Positions 8,587 to 19,165 are shown, counted from the stretch's first letter. The stretch: 64,000 nt of DNA from an uncultured Verrucomicrobiae bacterium (GCA_963837955.1 CAWIPH010000002.1:2996487-3060486), one strand, 5' to 3'. Translations and numbers: made by a program. Notes: a model not told the origin generated them from the sequence alone.

Positions 8587-10077
8587 TTACTGTCCTTTGC
8601 CCGAAGCCATGATCTGCAGAGTCTTCAAAGCAATCGCAAGATCTAGAGTTACCGAATAGTGCCGTATATAGTAAAGGTCGAATTTCAGCTTTTCCAAGGC
8701 GTCACTCTCACTCGCGCCATAGGAATAGTTGACTTGCGCCCAACCGGTAATGCCCGGTCTGACTAGGTGGCGATAATGATAGAAAGGAATTTGCGATTCG
8801 TAGCTCGCGACACATTTTACCCACTCCGCTCGAGGTCCGATCACGCTCATGTCACCCCGTAGAACATTGATCAACTGTGGCAACTCATCCACCCTGGTCA
8901 TGCGCAGTAATCGACCAACCCGAGTAATTCTGGCATCCCGACGCGCAGTATAAAGTTCCCCGGAGTCTGATCCGACTCGCATCGTCCGAAATTTCAACAA
9001 CGTAAAAACTCGCCCGTCGCGCCCAAACCGGTCCTGTTTAAAAATAGCCGGTCCGGAGCTATCGAGGCGAATCAGAATCGACACGAATAACATCAACGGA
9101 GCGAGCAATACGAAGGCGATGCCCGAAAAGACCAGATCAAGAGCGCGCTTCACCTGGTCATAAATTGAGTCTCGGGCCAGTAACGACTCTTGGGCGAATG
9201 CCCACCAACCCCCGATATGTTCGACTGGGACTTGACGCCATTGTTTCTCGTAAAAGGACTCGAAGGTATAAACGGGAATTCGGCGGAAATGCACGTAGCT
9301 CAGGAGTTGTGCGATTTTGGGATCGAGTTGCCAGGGCGGGAGACCAACAATCAGGCCGTCAGTATGCAAATCTAATTCTTCCAGCGCTTGATTTAAGTCG
9401 CCGGCAAACTCCAAGCCTGATTCCGTCGAAACGCCACGGCCCACATCGGCAGGATCTAGCGCATAAACTCGCAATTCTTGAGGAGTGTCGCTTTCAGCGT
9501 AACGCTTCGCAAAAAATGACGCCGTCGCAGCATCCGCGACTAGTACGTACTTCCGGCCAGAATTGTGGATACGAAGAGATTTGGATACCCAGCGACGAAC
9601 CAGCAAACTGTACCCAGCATAGACAGCGAAGGCGCAGGCAAAAACGAGCCGGCTCGGTTTGACTAGATCGAATGCAAATATTCCGTACAGCAAGAAGGCG
9701 GATAGAACGAAAGCGGCAGCCAATGCTAATGTGTGATCCACCGCGTAGTTAACACTCAGCATCCTAATCCGACGATCGTAAGCACCAACGGTGTGAAGCA
9801 CCACGATGGTCGCACAGGCAGGGATGACCAGCGTGTGCCATTGCAGTTCGCCTGGTGAATGAAAGAATGTCAGACGAACCTGCGACAGCAGAAAATATAC
9901 AATTGGCCAGAATAGAAGATCGTTCAGGAACAGCGTCGCAGCTGGAACCCAACTGACGTCCCATCGAAGCGAAAACTTCTGCGCAGCTTGGAGCTGCGGC
10001 AAACCGCGAAGCAATAAAGGATGAACATCCGTGCGCAAACCGATTTCCGACAACTTAAATCCCTGCATACGCAACAC
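8587..10077 (-). CDS. Polyprenyl-phosphate glycosyl-1-phosphate transferase (WcaJ/EpsB-type initiating sugar transferase)
   Basis: It has four or more N-terminal TM segments and a central domain. The C-terminal bacterial sugar transferase domain shows KRALDLVFS...LLKFRTM, DELPQLINVLRGDMSVIGPR and PGITGWAQVN. Confidence 0.9.
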   Translation of the reverse strand: MLRMQGFKLSEIGLRTDVHPLLLRGLPQLQAAQKFSLRWDVSWVPAATLFLNDLLFWPIVYFLLSQVRLTFFHSPGELQWHTLVIPACATIVVLHTVGAYDRRIRMLSVNYAVDHTLALAAAFVLSAFLLYGIFAFDLVKPSRLVFACAFAVYAGYSLLVRRWVSKSLRIHNSGRKYVLVADAATASFFAKRYAESDTPQELRVYALDPADVGRGVSTESGLEFAGDLNQALEELDLHTDGLIVGLPPWQLDPKIAQLLSYVHFRRIPVYTFESFYEKQWRQVPVEHIGGWWAFAQESLLARDSIYDQVKRALDLVFSGIAFVLLAPLMLFVSILIRLDSSGPAIFKQDRFGRDGRVFTLLKFRTMRVGSDSGELYTARRDARITRVGRLLRMTRVDELPQLINVLRGDMSVIGPRAEWVKCVASYESQIPFYHYRHLVRPGITGWAQVNYSYGASESDALEKLKFDLYYIRHYSVTLDLAIALKTLQIMASGKGQ

Positions 10078-10492
10078 GAAGAACCATTATTTGAGGAGTC
10101 GGATCTTATCGTGTGCACTTAAGCGAATGCGACGTAATACCGGCGATCGGTGTCTGACTAGCGAGATAGTCAAGAAAAGCTATAATGAGCTCTCCTAGCC
10201 ATAAATTAAACGCGTCTACCCGGAACCGAATGATCCCGGACAGAAAAAGCTAACGAGCTCTCGACCTCGACTAAACCGCGGGGAGTCGGGCCGTATATCC
10301 TGATTCTAAGTTATTTACAAGTCTTTTTTGCGATGCAGTTATGAGAATTTTAGATCCAAGGCGCGAGTTTGAGACCTTTCTTGGACAATTATTCTCTGAA
10401 TTGCGCAATTCTTCCGAGTATCGCCTATTCCGACTACGCGATTTAACTTTCCAGCGTCGCCGCCTTGCCCTTCGGAGTTAGGCAGGAATTTC

Positions 10493-11512
10493 CTAGGTGG
10501 AATGCACCAAGGAAAGATAATGGTCTCTGTACTTTGGCGCGATGGCCTCTAAACCGAATTCATCTCGGGCCCGCCGGGCGAGGCTTTCGCGTCTGACCTG
10601 AGGCCATTTCCCAGCAGTCAAAATGACATTGAGATTTTGCCGTAGCGACTGGGCCGTTGGTTCAGCAATCGGCAAGCCGCCGCTATGGAGAAACTCCGAC
10701 CAAGGTGTATTGACGGTCGTAAGTACCGGAGTTCCCACTTGGCAGGCCTCGAGAACCACAAAGCCAAAGTTCTCCGAGAAAGAGGGAAGACAAAGAAGAT
10801 CGGCGGCTTGAAGATAGCGCCACTTTCGGGAATCCCAAATCGGGCCGGCAAATTCAATGGGGGGTAGATGCTCCGTATGCGCTGCGATGAATGCGCGAAG
10901 ATGATCGACATAACGAGAGGGGCCATCGCCGACGACGATAAGTCTCAGCGGATGTTGGGAAGGCGCTTGATCGAGAAGCGCTTCCAGAAAGATATGCAGT
11001 CCTTTCTTCGGATGAAGCCGAGAAAGAAAAAGAATTACAAACTCGCGATCCGAGATGTTCAATTCTCTGCGGGGACTCTCGTAGTCTGGCCCAGCCGAAG
11101 ACGTAATCGGAAGCGGGATATCGACGACTCGGGTGTTAACAAATTTTCTAAGGTTGTCGCCCTCTAGTGTGCTGGTAGCCAATAAACTATCAGCCGAACT
11201 CAGGAACCTGCGTTCGAAGAGATGGTAATAGGGCCACTTTTTCCACCACTTGTGCTGCCAGGCCCAGGGCTCCAGCATGCCATGCGGAGAAATTACGTAC
11301 GGTTTGCCGGCTCGGCGGCAGATTGATGCGAGCTTCTTGAAACGCGGCTGCCAAAGGCCATGAAAATGGGCCAAATCAAATTCAATCGCGGGAGAGGGCT
11401 CTACTACGACCTGGCAAGATTCCGAGTCAATGGCTTGCTGCAAGGAACTGATTGCGAGATCCAGACCACCAATTCTCTGCGCGGCTGGTGGTATGAAAAA
11501 CGCTACTCTCAC
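10493..11512 (-). CDS. Family 4 (GT-B) glycosyltransferase
   Basis: The GTG start overlaps the upstream stop (GTGA). The C-terminal EX7E-like region reads LLCLPSFSENFGFVVLEACQVGTPVL. Confidence 0.8.
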   Translation of the reverse strand: MRVAFFIPPAAQRIGGLDLAISSLQQAIDSESCQVVVEPSPAIEFDLAHFHGLWQPRFKKLASICRRAGKPYVISPHGMLEPWAWQHKWWKKWPYYHLFERRFLSSADSLLATSTLEGDNLRKFVNTRVVDIPLPITSSAGPDYESPRRELNISDREFVILFLSRLHPKKGLHIFLEALLDQAPSQHPLRLIVVGDGPSRYVDHLRAFIAAHTEHLPPIEFAGPIWDSRKWRYLQAADLLCLPSFSENFGFVVLEACQVGTPVLTTVNTPWSEFLHSGGLPIAEPTAQSLRQNLNVILTAGKWPQVRRESLARRARDEFGLEAIAPKYRDHYLSLVHST

Positions 11513-12666
11513 TTTCTCCCCTCGATCGCAAGTCGGTAAAGCTTGAGATAATCGTCAGCCATGCGCGAAAGGGAGAATTCATTACTCGCCCGTATCCGGG
11601 CCGCTTCACCCAGCTTCTTCCTGTTTTCGGAGTCGCTTAGCCTCGAAATCCAAGTTAGATCCTTCTGGTCGATGGAGACTACTCCCGGCGTATCCCGCCA
11701 ACCGAATTGTTCCGCCAAATTGCTCGTCAAAAAACAGGGAAGACCGGCCGCCATCGCTTCCAGAACGGCGAGCGGTAAGCCTTCGTATTCCGCCGTGTGC
11801 AGAAAGGCATCTGCCGCGGCATAGTAGGGATTCGGATTAGCTAGCCAAGACATCGTAAGCAGCCGATCATCGAATCGAAGTGATGCGGCAGTTCTTTCCC
11901 ATTCGGTGCGCAACCGACCATCACCGATCCAGCAGAACTTAACGTGAGGTAATTTCTGCCGAATAGTGTCGGCCAGTTTCAGAAAAAGGAGTGGACGCTT
12001 TTGTTCGACCATGCGACCGACGGCGAGAAGCAAAATCTCTCCGTTTTTAATCTGAAGCTGCGCGCGCATCGCGGCTCGATCTCTTTCGAGTTCCTGAAGA
12101 CTGGGGATCTGGACGCCGTTCACGATCGCACGCCCGCCGTTGGTGTTCCCAAGGAATGCTTCCAGACTTTTTTGGCGCTCTTCGCTCACAGCGGAAACGG
12201 GTCCACCAAACCGCCGAAGTCCCCGATATGCTACGAGGTCCCGGACCCAGGCCGATCGAGCTCTCAATGAACGAGCTGACTGGGTGATATGTACCGTGCA
12301 GACTCGCGGCAGCGCAGTATTCCGAGCTGCTGCCATCAGATCCAACCCATCTTCCAGATTTTGTTTGTTCAGGTGAATGACATCCGGTGTCAGGGCGAGC
12401 CATTCGCGACTGATCTGAGCGGCGGTCTTTGCATCCAGGAAAGCACTCAGGCTCCGGAGACGCCGAGAGTAGGTATTCCGATAGTCACTACGAAGGACCT
12501 GCGCAAAGCTGTTAAACCGATGGGCAAGCTCATCCATCCGCTCATCCGTAGATGTCCAAAACAAAATCTCGTGACGACGACGTTTGAGCTCTTCGCCCAA
12601 CGCAGCCAGAAAAAGCTCTCCGCCACCGCGCGACCCCGAGCTGCTCGACGCCAATAAAATGCGCAT
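11509..12666 (-). CDS. Family 4 (GT-B) glycosyltransferase
   Basis: The ATG at 12666 gives MRILLASSSSGSRGGGELF, a typical GT4 start. The motif FLHTAEYEGLPLAVLEAMAAGLPC is present. The longer ORF start at 12753 would overlap the upstream gene. Confidence 0.8.
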   Translation of the reverse strand: MRILLASSSSGSRGGGELFLAALGEELKRRRHEILFWTSTDERMDELAHRFNSFAQVLRSDYRNTYSRRLRSLSAFLDAKTAAQISREWLALTPDVIHLNKQNLEDGLDLMAAARNTALPRVCTVHITQSARSLRARSAWVRDLVAYRGLRRFGGPVSAVSEERQKSLEAFLGNTNGGRAIVNGVQIPSLQELERDRAAMRAQLQIKNGEILLLAVGRMVEQKRPLLFLKLADTIRQKLPHVKFCWIGDGRLRTEWERTAASLRFDDRLLTMSWLANPNPYYAAADAFLHTAEYEGLPLAVLEAMAAGLPCFLTSNLAEQFGWRDTPGVVSIDQKDLTWISRLSDSENRKKLGEAARIRASNEFSLSRMADDYLKLYRLAIEGRK

Positions 12667-12670
12667 GGGG

Positions 12671-13759
12671 CTAAGCAATCTGCCGGAGTAGCTGCGCCCA
12701 CTTTTCGGCTCCCCGCGCAGGGGTCCAATCGACCGCTCTTTCCCGCGAAGCAACGCCCATGCGGCGAAGAAGGTCGGGATCTCGCACCAACGAGTTCATG
12801 GCAGCCGCCAGCAGTTCAACGTCGCCGGCCGGGACACGAAACCCATTCACGCCGGGCATAACCAGATCTGCCCCAGCACCAACAGCATCTGAGCAGATGA
12901 TGGGAAGGCCAGCTCCCAGAGCTTGATTGACCACCACGCCCCAGCCATCGTGACGGCTTGGGAGAACAAATACGTGAGCGCGAGCGAACACGTTCGGGAG
13001 ATCACTGGGACCAACAAAACCGATGTATTCGATGTGCTCTCTTGCCTTGGCCGATGCCTGCTGCAGCATCAAGGGTAGTTCCGCCTCTCTTCCGGCCAAC
13101 ACCAATCGAACCTTAAGTCCCTGCGAGATCATGCGATCAAAAGCTTGAATGAGGAGGTCGACACCTTTTCGACTGATCATTTGGCCGCAGAAAAGGAAAA
13201 CAGTTTCTGTGCACGCGTTCGGAATCGCTGGACTCCGCTCAAGAAATGGTTGGAGGTCGCAATGATACGGGATGTTGAAGACTGGCACCTTCGGAAAACG
13301 ACTTTGATAGGATTCCATCGCTCGTGATCCGATCGCGACGATACCATCCAGATTCCTTAATGGTGCGGTCAGGAAATCTTGAAAACCGCGGCGAAGCCTG
13401 CCCGCCTGATATCGAAGAGATTCGCCCCAAAATAGAAGACCTTGCCCCCTGCCTTTCTTGCGCAAACAGAATTGAGATAAAGAAGAAGTGAGCGAATTGA
13501 GAACCAGGATCTTATGACGCTTGAGAACAGGGTGTCGGAGTACACAGTGAAATCTCGCGTTCGCGACCGAGAACCAGAATCCAGGGAGAACGGTCTCGTA
13601 GGGCTCCAAAGGTTTTTCTGGCCAAGGGGAATCCGGGGCGGCCCGTTCCAGGTAGTAGACATGGAGTTGAAGGCTCGGGTGCGCAGCTATCGCGCGGAAG
13701 AGATCGCGCTGATACGGTGAAGGAACGACGGAAACAATCGCAAGATCGAGTCCGCTCAT
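12671..13759 (-). CDS. Family 4 (GT-B) glycosyltransferase
   Basis: The ATG at 13759 overlaps the upstream TGA (ATGA). The motif VFVLPSRHDGWGVVVNQALGAGLPIICS is present. Confidence 0.8.
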   Translation of the reverse strand: MSGLDLAIVSVVPSPYQRDLFRAIAAHPSLQLHVYYLERAAPDSPWPEKPLEPYETVLPGFWFSVANARFHCVLRHPVLKRHKILVLNSLTSSLSQFCLRKKGRGQGLLFWGESLRYQAGRLRRGFQDFLTAPLRNLDGIVAIGSRAMESYQSRFPKVPVFNIPYHCDLQPFLERSPAIPNACTETVFLFCGQMISRKGVDLLIQAFDRMISQGLKVRLVLAGREAELPLMLQQASAKAREHIEYIGFVGPSDLPNVFARAHVFVLPSRHDGWGVVVNQALGAGLPIICSDAVGAGADLVMPGVNGFRVPAGDVELLAAAMNSLVRDPDLLRRMGVASRERAVDWTPARGAEKWAQLLRQIA

Positions 13760-15195
13760 GTTTCTTTGGCAGGGGACGAAATGTCGGAGGTCAAATCGCT
13801 TGGCACAGTGGTTCGTCGAGTGAAGACAAGTGCCAAGATTATCGAGGCAGCCGTGGGCAATGCTGCGGTCGTTAAGGCAAACAGGCTCCGCATCGAGATG
13901 GCCATGGCCAGAAATCCTGACGCGTAAATCAGAAAGCCAAATTCTGACCGAACTAACGACACTAGTTTCCCCCACCAACTCGCGAGCATACCAAAAAAGA
14001 GACCAGCTAAGACCACACCCCAGGAGCCTCCGGCGATATAAGCCTCGCCGATGTAAGTTGTCGAAACGGTCATCCCATTGCTGACATCAAGGGCGTCTTC
14101 CAGCGACAAACTCAAACCCTGAGGCTTGCCAGGCCAAAGAGCTCGCGGAACAGGTCCGACTAACGCGATATAAGGAACTTCTAAGCCGAGAAATCGATAA
14201 TTATCTGGGAACGTCTTTGTTAGTTCACCGATATTCACGAGATTCAAGTCAACGAAGAAAGTTGATGGCTGTTCGTTTACCCGCCCGGAGCGAGCCCCAT
14301 TTATAAAGTATTCTTTCAAACCGATGGTTCGAGTGGTCAACATAATCGGCGAAGCTAGAAAAAATCCGATTGCCGCCAAACCGCACAAAACCAAGAATTC
14401 TGGATATCGATTTCGCGCGGTATTAACCCCGTAAGCAATCAGAAAAGTAATAAGGTAAGTAGCGAGCAGGTTTCGTGTCGAACCGGCAAAGGCTTGGAAA
14501 ATGCAGAAGACAACTCCCAGAGTGACGAGCGCAACGGTCAAAAAGCCGTACCTTTCTCGGCGAGCCAGGATCAGGCCGCCCAGAGGCGGCACCAGCTGGA
14601 TTACCTCCCCCACTTGATTTAAGAGCGCCTTCCAATCCCCATACTTTCCTCTTCCCCAGCTTTGGGTAAATCGCGGTCCCATCATCTGGTCAATCATCGC
14701 GAAGACGTTGAAGTTGACCGCCAGCAACATGTAGAGTGTCCCAAAGAGCAGGCTAATGCCGAACACCCAAAGCAGGGCGGCAGACGGAGTAGGCTGCTGA
14801 ACGATCCTGGTAAGGGCCCTTGGCATCGGAGGAGCGAAATGCCGCCCAACGGCCATCGCCCCGAACGCCATCAAGCAAAGCCAACAAGCGTAATACATCG
14901 ATGTACGCGTCGTCATGTCGTTCACCGCACCTTGGGGGAGCAGGAATTCGAAAAAAGTAAGAAAATACAGAACGCTGAAGGCGAGCGTATCCGGACGCAG
15001 CAGAACTCGCCAATTCTGTCTCCATTCGATGGCAACCGCGCCCACTAAGGTAATCCCAACGCCCACCGCACCATGGCTGGCGATCTCTTCCGGTGTTGGA
15101 GCTGGGAGAATAAAATAGGTAATGATGAGACCCAGAATCCAAAAGGTCGTCGCCAAAAAATAGGGCTTATTCTCTCGAGGTAGAAATTCAGGCAT
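13756..15195 (-). CDS. Wzy-like oligosaccharide repeat-unit polymerase (polytopic membrane protein)
   Basis: It has about 11 hydrophobic segments. A large loop contains VPRALWPGKP, which resembles the conserved loop motif of repeat-unit polymerases. It is embedded among glycosyltransferase genes. Confidence 0.65.
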   Translation of the reverse strand: MPEFLPRENKPYFLATTFWILGLIITYFILPAPTPEEIASHGAVGVGITLVGAVAIEWRQNWRVLLRPDTLAFSVLYFLTFFEFLLPQGAVNDMTTRTSMYYACWLCLMAFGAMAVGRHFAPPMPRALTRIVQQPTPSAALLWVFGISLLFGTLYMLLAVNFNVFAMIDQMMGPRFTQSWGRGKYGDWKALLNQVGEVIQLVPPLGGLILARRERYGFLTVALVTLGVVFCIFQAFAGSTRNLLATYLITFLIAYGVNTARNRYPEFLVLCGLAAIGFFLASPIMLTTRTIGLKEYFINGARSGRVNEQPSTFFVDLNLVNIGELTKTFPDNYRFLGLEVPYIALVGPVPRALWPGKPQGLSLSLEDALDVSNGMTVSTTYIGEAYIAGGSWGVVLAGLFFGMLASWWGKLVSLVRSEFGFLIYASGFLAMAISMRSLFALTTAALPTAASIILALVFTRRTTVPSDLTSDISSPAKET

Positions 15196-15203
15196 AAAAC
15201 AGA

Positions 15204-16349
15204 CTAAATTTGGCCGGTTTCACTCTTTATTGCCCTACTCGACTGCACCATCAAATCCCGCGCTGACTTTTCCCAGGAGAAGTCGCCATCGACAATTCTC
15301 CGTTCTTCCGCCCAAATCCGCAGCTCGTGCAGCAACCCGATATGGTCCTGCACAGGGAAGATCGAGCCGTTCTTTCCCGGTTCTATAAGGTCTTTCGCGC
15401 CAACTCGATCGCTAACAATACAAGGAATACCGGAGGCTAAAGCTTGCGCGACAACCAAGCCGAACCCTTCTTCCAATGAGGGAAGAACAAGCACCGATGC
15501 TTCTCTCATGGCTTGGGCCAATTGGCTTTGAGGCACGGCGCCATGGAAGTGCAGAGGTATCACGCCCCGATACTCTTTGAGATCGGTGGACACCTCAGGG
15601 CCGATCGTACCGTAGAAGTCGACTTCCCAAGGCTCTGCACCCGCCGCCCGGAGCGCATCCAATAGCGTTCGAACCCCTTTTCGCAAGCTCAACTTGCCCG
15701 CAAAAATAATACGGAACTGCCCCGTGTCTTTACCTGTTTTACGCCAAAAAACAGATCGGTCCACCCCGTAGGGCACTAGCCAGATTTTTTGACGGTCGAT
15801 TCCGATGCCCATTAACTGCTCGCGAACCAGCGTCGACGCTACGCAATGCAAATCAGCAAGCGCGTATTCTTCCTTCTCTCTCTCGAGGTAAATGTCGTCG
15901 TAGACTGTCATTCGCTTGATATCAGTTCCGATCCTTTCGTATTCGGCCCTCATGACCTGAATCCAGTGACTTGAGGGCCCGGTAGCATGATTTAGTACGG
16001 CCTTAATCCCTAATTCTTTAGCCCGACGAAAGGTTTTCAGGCATTGCCCTGGCAAACCATGAATGAAGTCGTAGGATCGAAGTTGGCCCGCTACCCAGCC
16101 GTCAAAGGCTTGGTCTTGCCACAAAAATAAGGTGCGGTTGGCGAAACGGTATTTTTCCGGCAGGCGAAGCAGCGCGTACGTCATCACTGTGCGAAAGCTG
16201 TGGGTATGAAGATCGCCCGGATAGGGCGGTCGCAACTTCCACTTAGGATACCCGCTGAAATACGAAACGTTCTTGGCTAACGCACCGAGGGCCTGTGCCA
16301 GGGGATAAAGATGACATGGATTAGTTGCTGCAAAAGCTAGATTAAGCAC
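15204..16349 (-). CDS. Family 4 (GT-B) glycosyltransferase
   Basis: The motif VLVLPSLEEGFGLVVAQALASGIPCIVS is present. The likely GTG start at 16349 overlaps the stop of the upstream GT2 (cGTGCTTAA). The longer ORF start at 16454 would overlap that gene by 113 nt. Confidence 0.8.
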   Translation of the reverse strand: MLNLAFAATNPCHLYPLAQALGALAKNVSYFSGYPKWKLRPPYPGDLHTHSFRTVMTYALLRLPEKYRFANRTLFLWQDQAFDGWVAGQLRSYDFIHGLPGQCLKTFRRAKELGIKAVLNHATGPSSHWIQVMRAEYERIGTDIKRMTVYDDIYLEREKEEYALADLHCVASTLVREQLMGIGIDRQKIWLVPYGVDRSVFWRKTGKDTGQFRIIFAGKLSLRKGVRTLLDALRAAGAEPWEVDFYGTIGPEVSTDLKEYRGVIPLHFHGAVPQSQLAQAMREASVLVLPSLEEGFGLVVAQALASGIPCIVSDRVGAKDLIEPGKNGSIFPVQDHIGLLHELRIWAEERRIVDGDFSWEKSARDLMVQSSRAIKSETGQI

Positions 16350-17301
16350 GTTCGAGAAGATTCTTGATTTGCTCCAACGGCAGAGGGCCGGTTCGCCGCA
16401 ACAAACGAAAGGCCCGATACGCGTTACGAGAGACGGCGGCTCGATTTCGCGCATTCCGTAAGCAGGCCGGAATGGATTCCAATAATCCCTTCGACGCGAG
16501 AAGCAGAGCGTGGCGCCTAGCGGCGTACAAGCTTGTCTTCAACACGGTTGCAGGCAGATGGAACAGGATTGACGGAGCCGGTACGTTGAGATAGGTGAAG
16601 AGCACGATGTTTCGCGCTCCCAAGCGCCATAAACGTTCCTTGTTTCGAATGGCTGATTCATGGTGGTGAATCAGCACCTCGTGCCCACTTCGAATCATCC
16701 AGCCGTTATTCAATAACCGAATAGCCAAATCAGCTTCTTCATGATGCATGAAGTAGGCCTCTCGATAACCGTTAATCGCCGCGTAGGCCGCACGTCGAAA
16801 AATCACCATCCCAGCGTAATAATCAACAGTCGCGAAGACACCTTCGTTGGCCGGAGCAGCCGTCCGGATGCCATCTGCTTGCGGCAGGTTGACGAAAGGC
16901 AGCGTCACCGCCGCGATGGTAGGATCAACGAACCAGGTCAAGGCCAGCTCGATACTATCGGGCCTCGCCAAGACGCAGTCGTCATCAAGCGTGACCAGAT
17001 ATTCCCCGGTGGCCAACCGAGCTGCCTCATTGCGCGAGGCCGCCGGGCCCACATTGGTCTCATGGTGTTTGACAACTACATTGGGAAAAGACTGTTCGAT
17101 GAACTTCGTAGTTCCGTCCGTGGAGGCGTCATCGATACACACCACTTGACAAACAATCGTTTGAGCGGCAACCGAAGCTAACACGCGACCGAGGGACTCT
17201 TTCCGATTCCGGGTAGCAATCAAGACGGTCACCGTTGATCGAACTTGCGATCCGACTAATTCACCGTTCTCGGAGAGAGAATCTGTTTTCAAGACGGGCA
17301 A
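16342..17301 (-). CDS. Family 2 (GT-A) glycosyltransferase
   Basis: Motifs VTVLIATRNRKESL...VVCIDDASTDGT and LVTLDDDC (DxD) are present. Confidence 0.85.
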   Translation of the reverse strand: MPVLKTDSLSENGELVGSQVRSTVTVLIATRNRKESLGRVLASVAAQTIVCQVVCIDDASTDGTTKFIEQSFPNVVVKHHETNVGPAASRNEAARLATGEYLVTLDDDCVLARPDSIELALTWFVDPTIAAVTLPFVNLPQADGIRTAAPANEGVFATVDYYAGMVIFRRAAYAAINGYREAYFMHHEEADLAIRLLNNGWMIRSGHEVLIHHHESAIRNKERLWRLGARNIVLFTYLNVPAPSILFHLPATVLKTSLYAARRHALLLASKGLLESIPACLRNARNRAAVSRNAYRAFRLLRRTGPLPLEQIKNLLERA

Positions 17302-17362
17302 CTATCTTTCTACGCACTTTAGAAGTTTCCAGACGAAAACCAACTTATCGCGCAAAAGAAAA

Positions 17363-18286
17363 TCAGCCTCGCGCAGCTCGCGCTATTCTTTCGGCTAACC
17401 CAAAACCAAGGCACCGCAACGCAATTTTATACTTCCATGGAGCGACATCGTTTGCGGTAGCAATAAGACCCTCTCCCTTGCGTTGCTTGTAGTATTGAGT
17501 GGCATACCGGATGTCCTGAACTGCCAGCTGCCGAGCTTGTCTGAAAAATTGTTGGGACGCAATTTGCTGATAGCGAGGTGTAAGCCGGTTTCTCTCTTTG
17601 AGCCAATCGAGGAACTCATAAATCAAGCTGGTCATTAAATTGATTACTGCGCGTTTGTCGTTGCGACAGACGGTCGATTCTGACCAAATTCGATATACCG
17701 AAAGCGGTTCGCCCGCTTGAACAAATCGCAAACCGCCACGAAACGCGCGTAAGTAGAGCTCGTACTCCTGGTTGCAACGAACGGCTTCATTCCAGCCTCC
17801 AATTTCTCTCAGCGCCTCCGTTTTCCAAACTGCACCACCCGTTTGTGGCATCGACCAGCTAATCCAAAGTGCATACCAATCTATTGGTGAAGGGAAAGTC
17901 CTGACGATGCGGTCAGCCATTGTGCCGTTGACCCATCGTTCCTCCACCGTCGGGCTGCACAGAACGTCTGCGTCGGACCGAGGCGCCGAAAGCTGAGAAG
18001 ATATCTTCTCTGGCAATAAGTAGTCGTCGGCATCAAGAAATTGAATCCACTCACCCGTAGCTCGAGCCAGTCCTAGATTGCGGGCTGCGTTTCCGCCCAG
18101 ATGATCCTGGGATAGAAAGGTGACTTGTTCTCCGAATTCACGACAGATTTCGGGGGTGCTATCGGTGGAGCCGTCATCAATCACCACGATTTCTTTATCG
18201 GACCAAGTCTGGTCGATAGCCGACTGGATCGAATTCCTGATCCATTGAGCACAGTTATATACCGGGATGGCAATCGTGACCTTCAT
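17363..18286 (-). CDS. Family 2 (GT-A) glycosyltransferase, paralogue of 3056..4003
   Basis: MKVTIAIPVYNCAQWIRNSIQSAIDQTWSDKEIVVIDDGSTDST aligns with MKVTIGVPVRNCQAWIRESIQSALSQTWPEKEILVVDDGSTDDT. The two also share LDADDYLLP and the C-terminal APWKY.I.LR.LGF..AE.IAR. Confidence 0.85.
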   Translation of the reverse strand: MKVTIAIPVYNCAQWIRNSIQSAIDQTWSDKEIVVIDDGSTDSTPEICREFGEQVTFLSQDHLGGNAARNLGLARATGEWIQFLDADDYLLPEKISSQLSAPRSDADVLCSPTVEERWVNGTMADRIVRTFPSPIDWYALWISWSMPQTGGAVWKTEALREIGGWNEAVRCNQEYELYLRAFRGGLRFVQAGEPLSVYRIWSESTVCRNDKRAVINLMTSLIYEFLDWLKERNRLTPRYQQIASQQFFRQARQLAVQDIRYATQYYKQRKGEGLIATANDVAPWKYKIALRCLGFGLAERIARAARG

Positions 18287-18316
18287 TTTCTGATTCGGTC
18301 CCTCCTGGTTAACATT

Positions 18317-19165
18317 TTAAGATGCATTACTCGAAAGAAAGGATCTACATATCCCTTTCACACGGCTAACCAGCACCGCTGCCCCCCATTTCATCCATTG
18401 CAATTTAGAAACCGCGAATCGGCGCTCCAAAAAATATAGGCGCGGTATCGCCCATTGACTAAATTCGCTGCTCATGACGAAGGGCTCGGTTGTACAAGCC
18501 GAAAGAAAACCAGCCTCCCGTACGATATCGAGTAATGCCTTATTGTGGTCGCCGTACGGAAAAGCAAAGTGCTGCATCGGGACCGCGAAAAGATCCTCCA
18601 GTTTCTTCTTGGAATCGACGATCTCCCGCTTTGCCTGATCGAGAGTCAATGCAGTCAGGTGAGGATGCGTCAACGTATGCGCTCCAATCTCATGCCCCAG
18701 ACTCAGCCAATCCTTAACTTGCGATCGATCCATCAACGGCTCCATGGTGCTACCCTTATCGCGATCCCATTCGTTGTGTTGGCCAAGCCGATTCGCCACC
18801 AGAAACTGGATTGCGGTTAGGTCGTGCTCGCGTAGCGGAATGCCCGCAAGCTCTAAGGTTGCGGCAAAACCGTCGTCGAAGGTAATGACTGCTCTCTTTT
18901 GTGAGCTAGAGAACCGAGTTTTGATGAGTTCGGTCAATGAGATGACCCGAAATTGGGAGCGAGTAAGCTCCCCTGCCAATCTGCGGAACGTCTCGTGCGA
19001 AACGTAGAGCCATGAATGTGACGCATTTCTCGATGGCACTCCGACCCTATGAAATAGCAGCACCGGTGTTCCAATTTTACTGGCTACTTCGAGATCGTTC
19101 AGTCTAGTGACGACAGATTCCCACAGTCCCCCTCCCACGATCGCGGCAGTCAGCTTCGGCTTCAT
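18317..19165 (-). CDS. Polysaccharide deacetylase (CE4 / NodB-homology domain)
   Basis: Motifs VITFDDGF, GHEIGAHTLTHPHL and FAFPYG are present. The ATG overlaps the upstream TGA (ATGA). Confidence 0.85.
   Translation of the reverse strand: MKPKLTAAIVGGGLWESVVTRLNDLEVASKIGTPVLLFHRVGVPSRNASHSWLYVSHETFRRLAGELTRSQFRVISLTELIKTRFSSSQKRAVITFDDGFAATLELAGIPLREHDLTAIQFLVANRLGQHNEWDRDKGSTMEPLMDRSQVKDWLSLGHEIGAHTLTHPHLTALTLDQAKREIVDSKKKLEDLFAVPMQHFAFPYGDHNKALLDIVREAGFLSACTTEPFVMSSEFSQWAIPRLYFLERRFAVSKLQWMKWGAAVLVSRVKGICRSFLSSNAS

Noticed and set aside
13756-15195. Polytopic membrane protein considered as the missing exosortase (EpsH) or Wzx flippase
   Set aside because: The large loop carrying VPRALWPGKP and the overall topology fit repeat-unit polymerases (Wzy). 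I could not find the exosortase Cys/Arg/His pattern or MOP-flippase features. It remains a Wzy-like call at moderate confidence.
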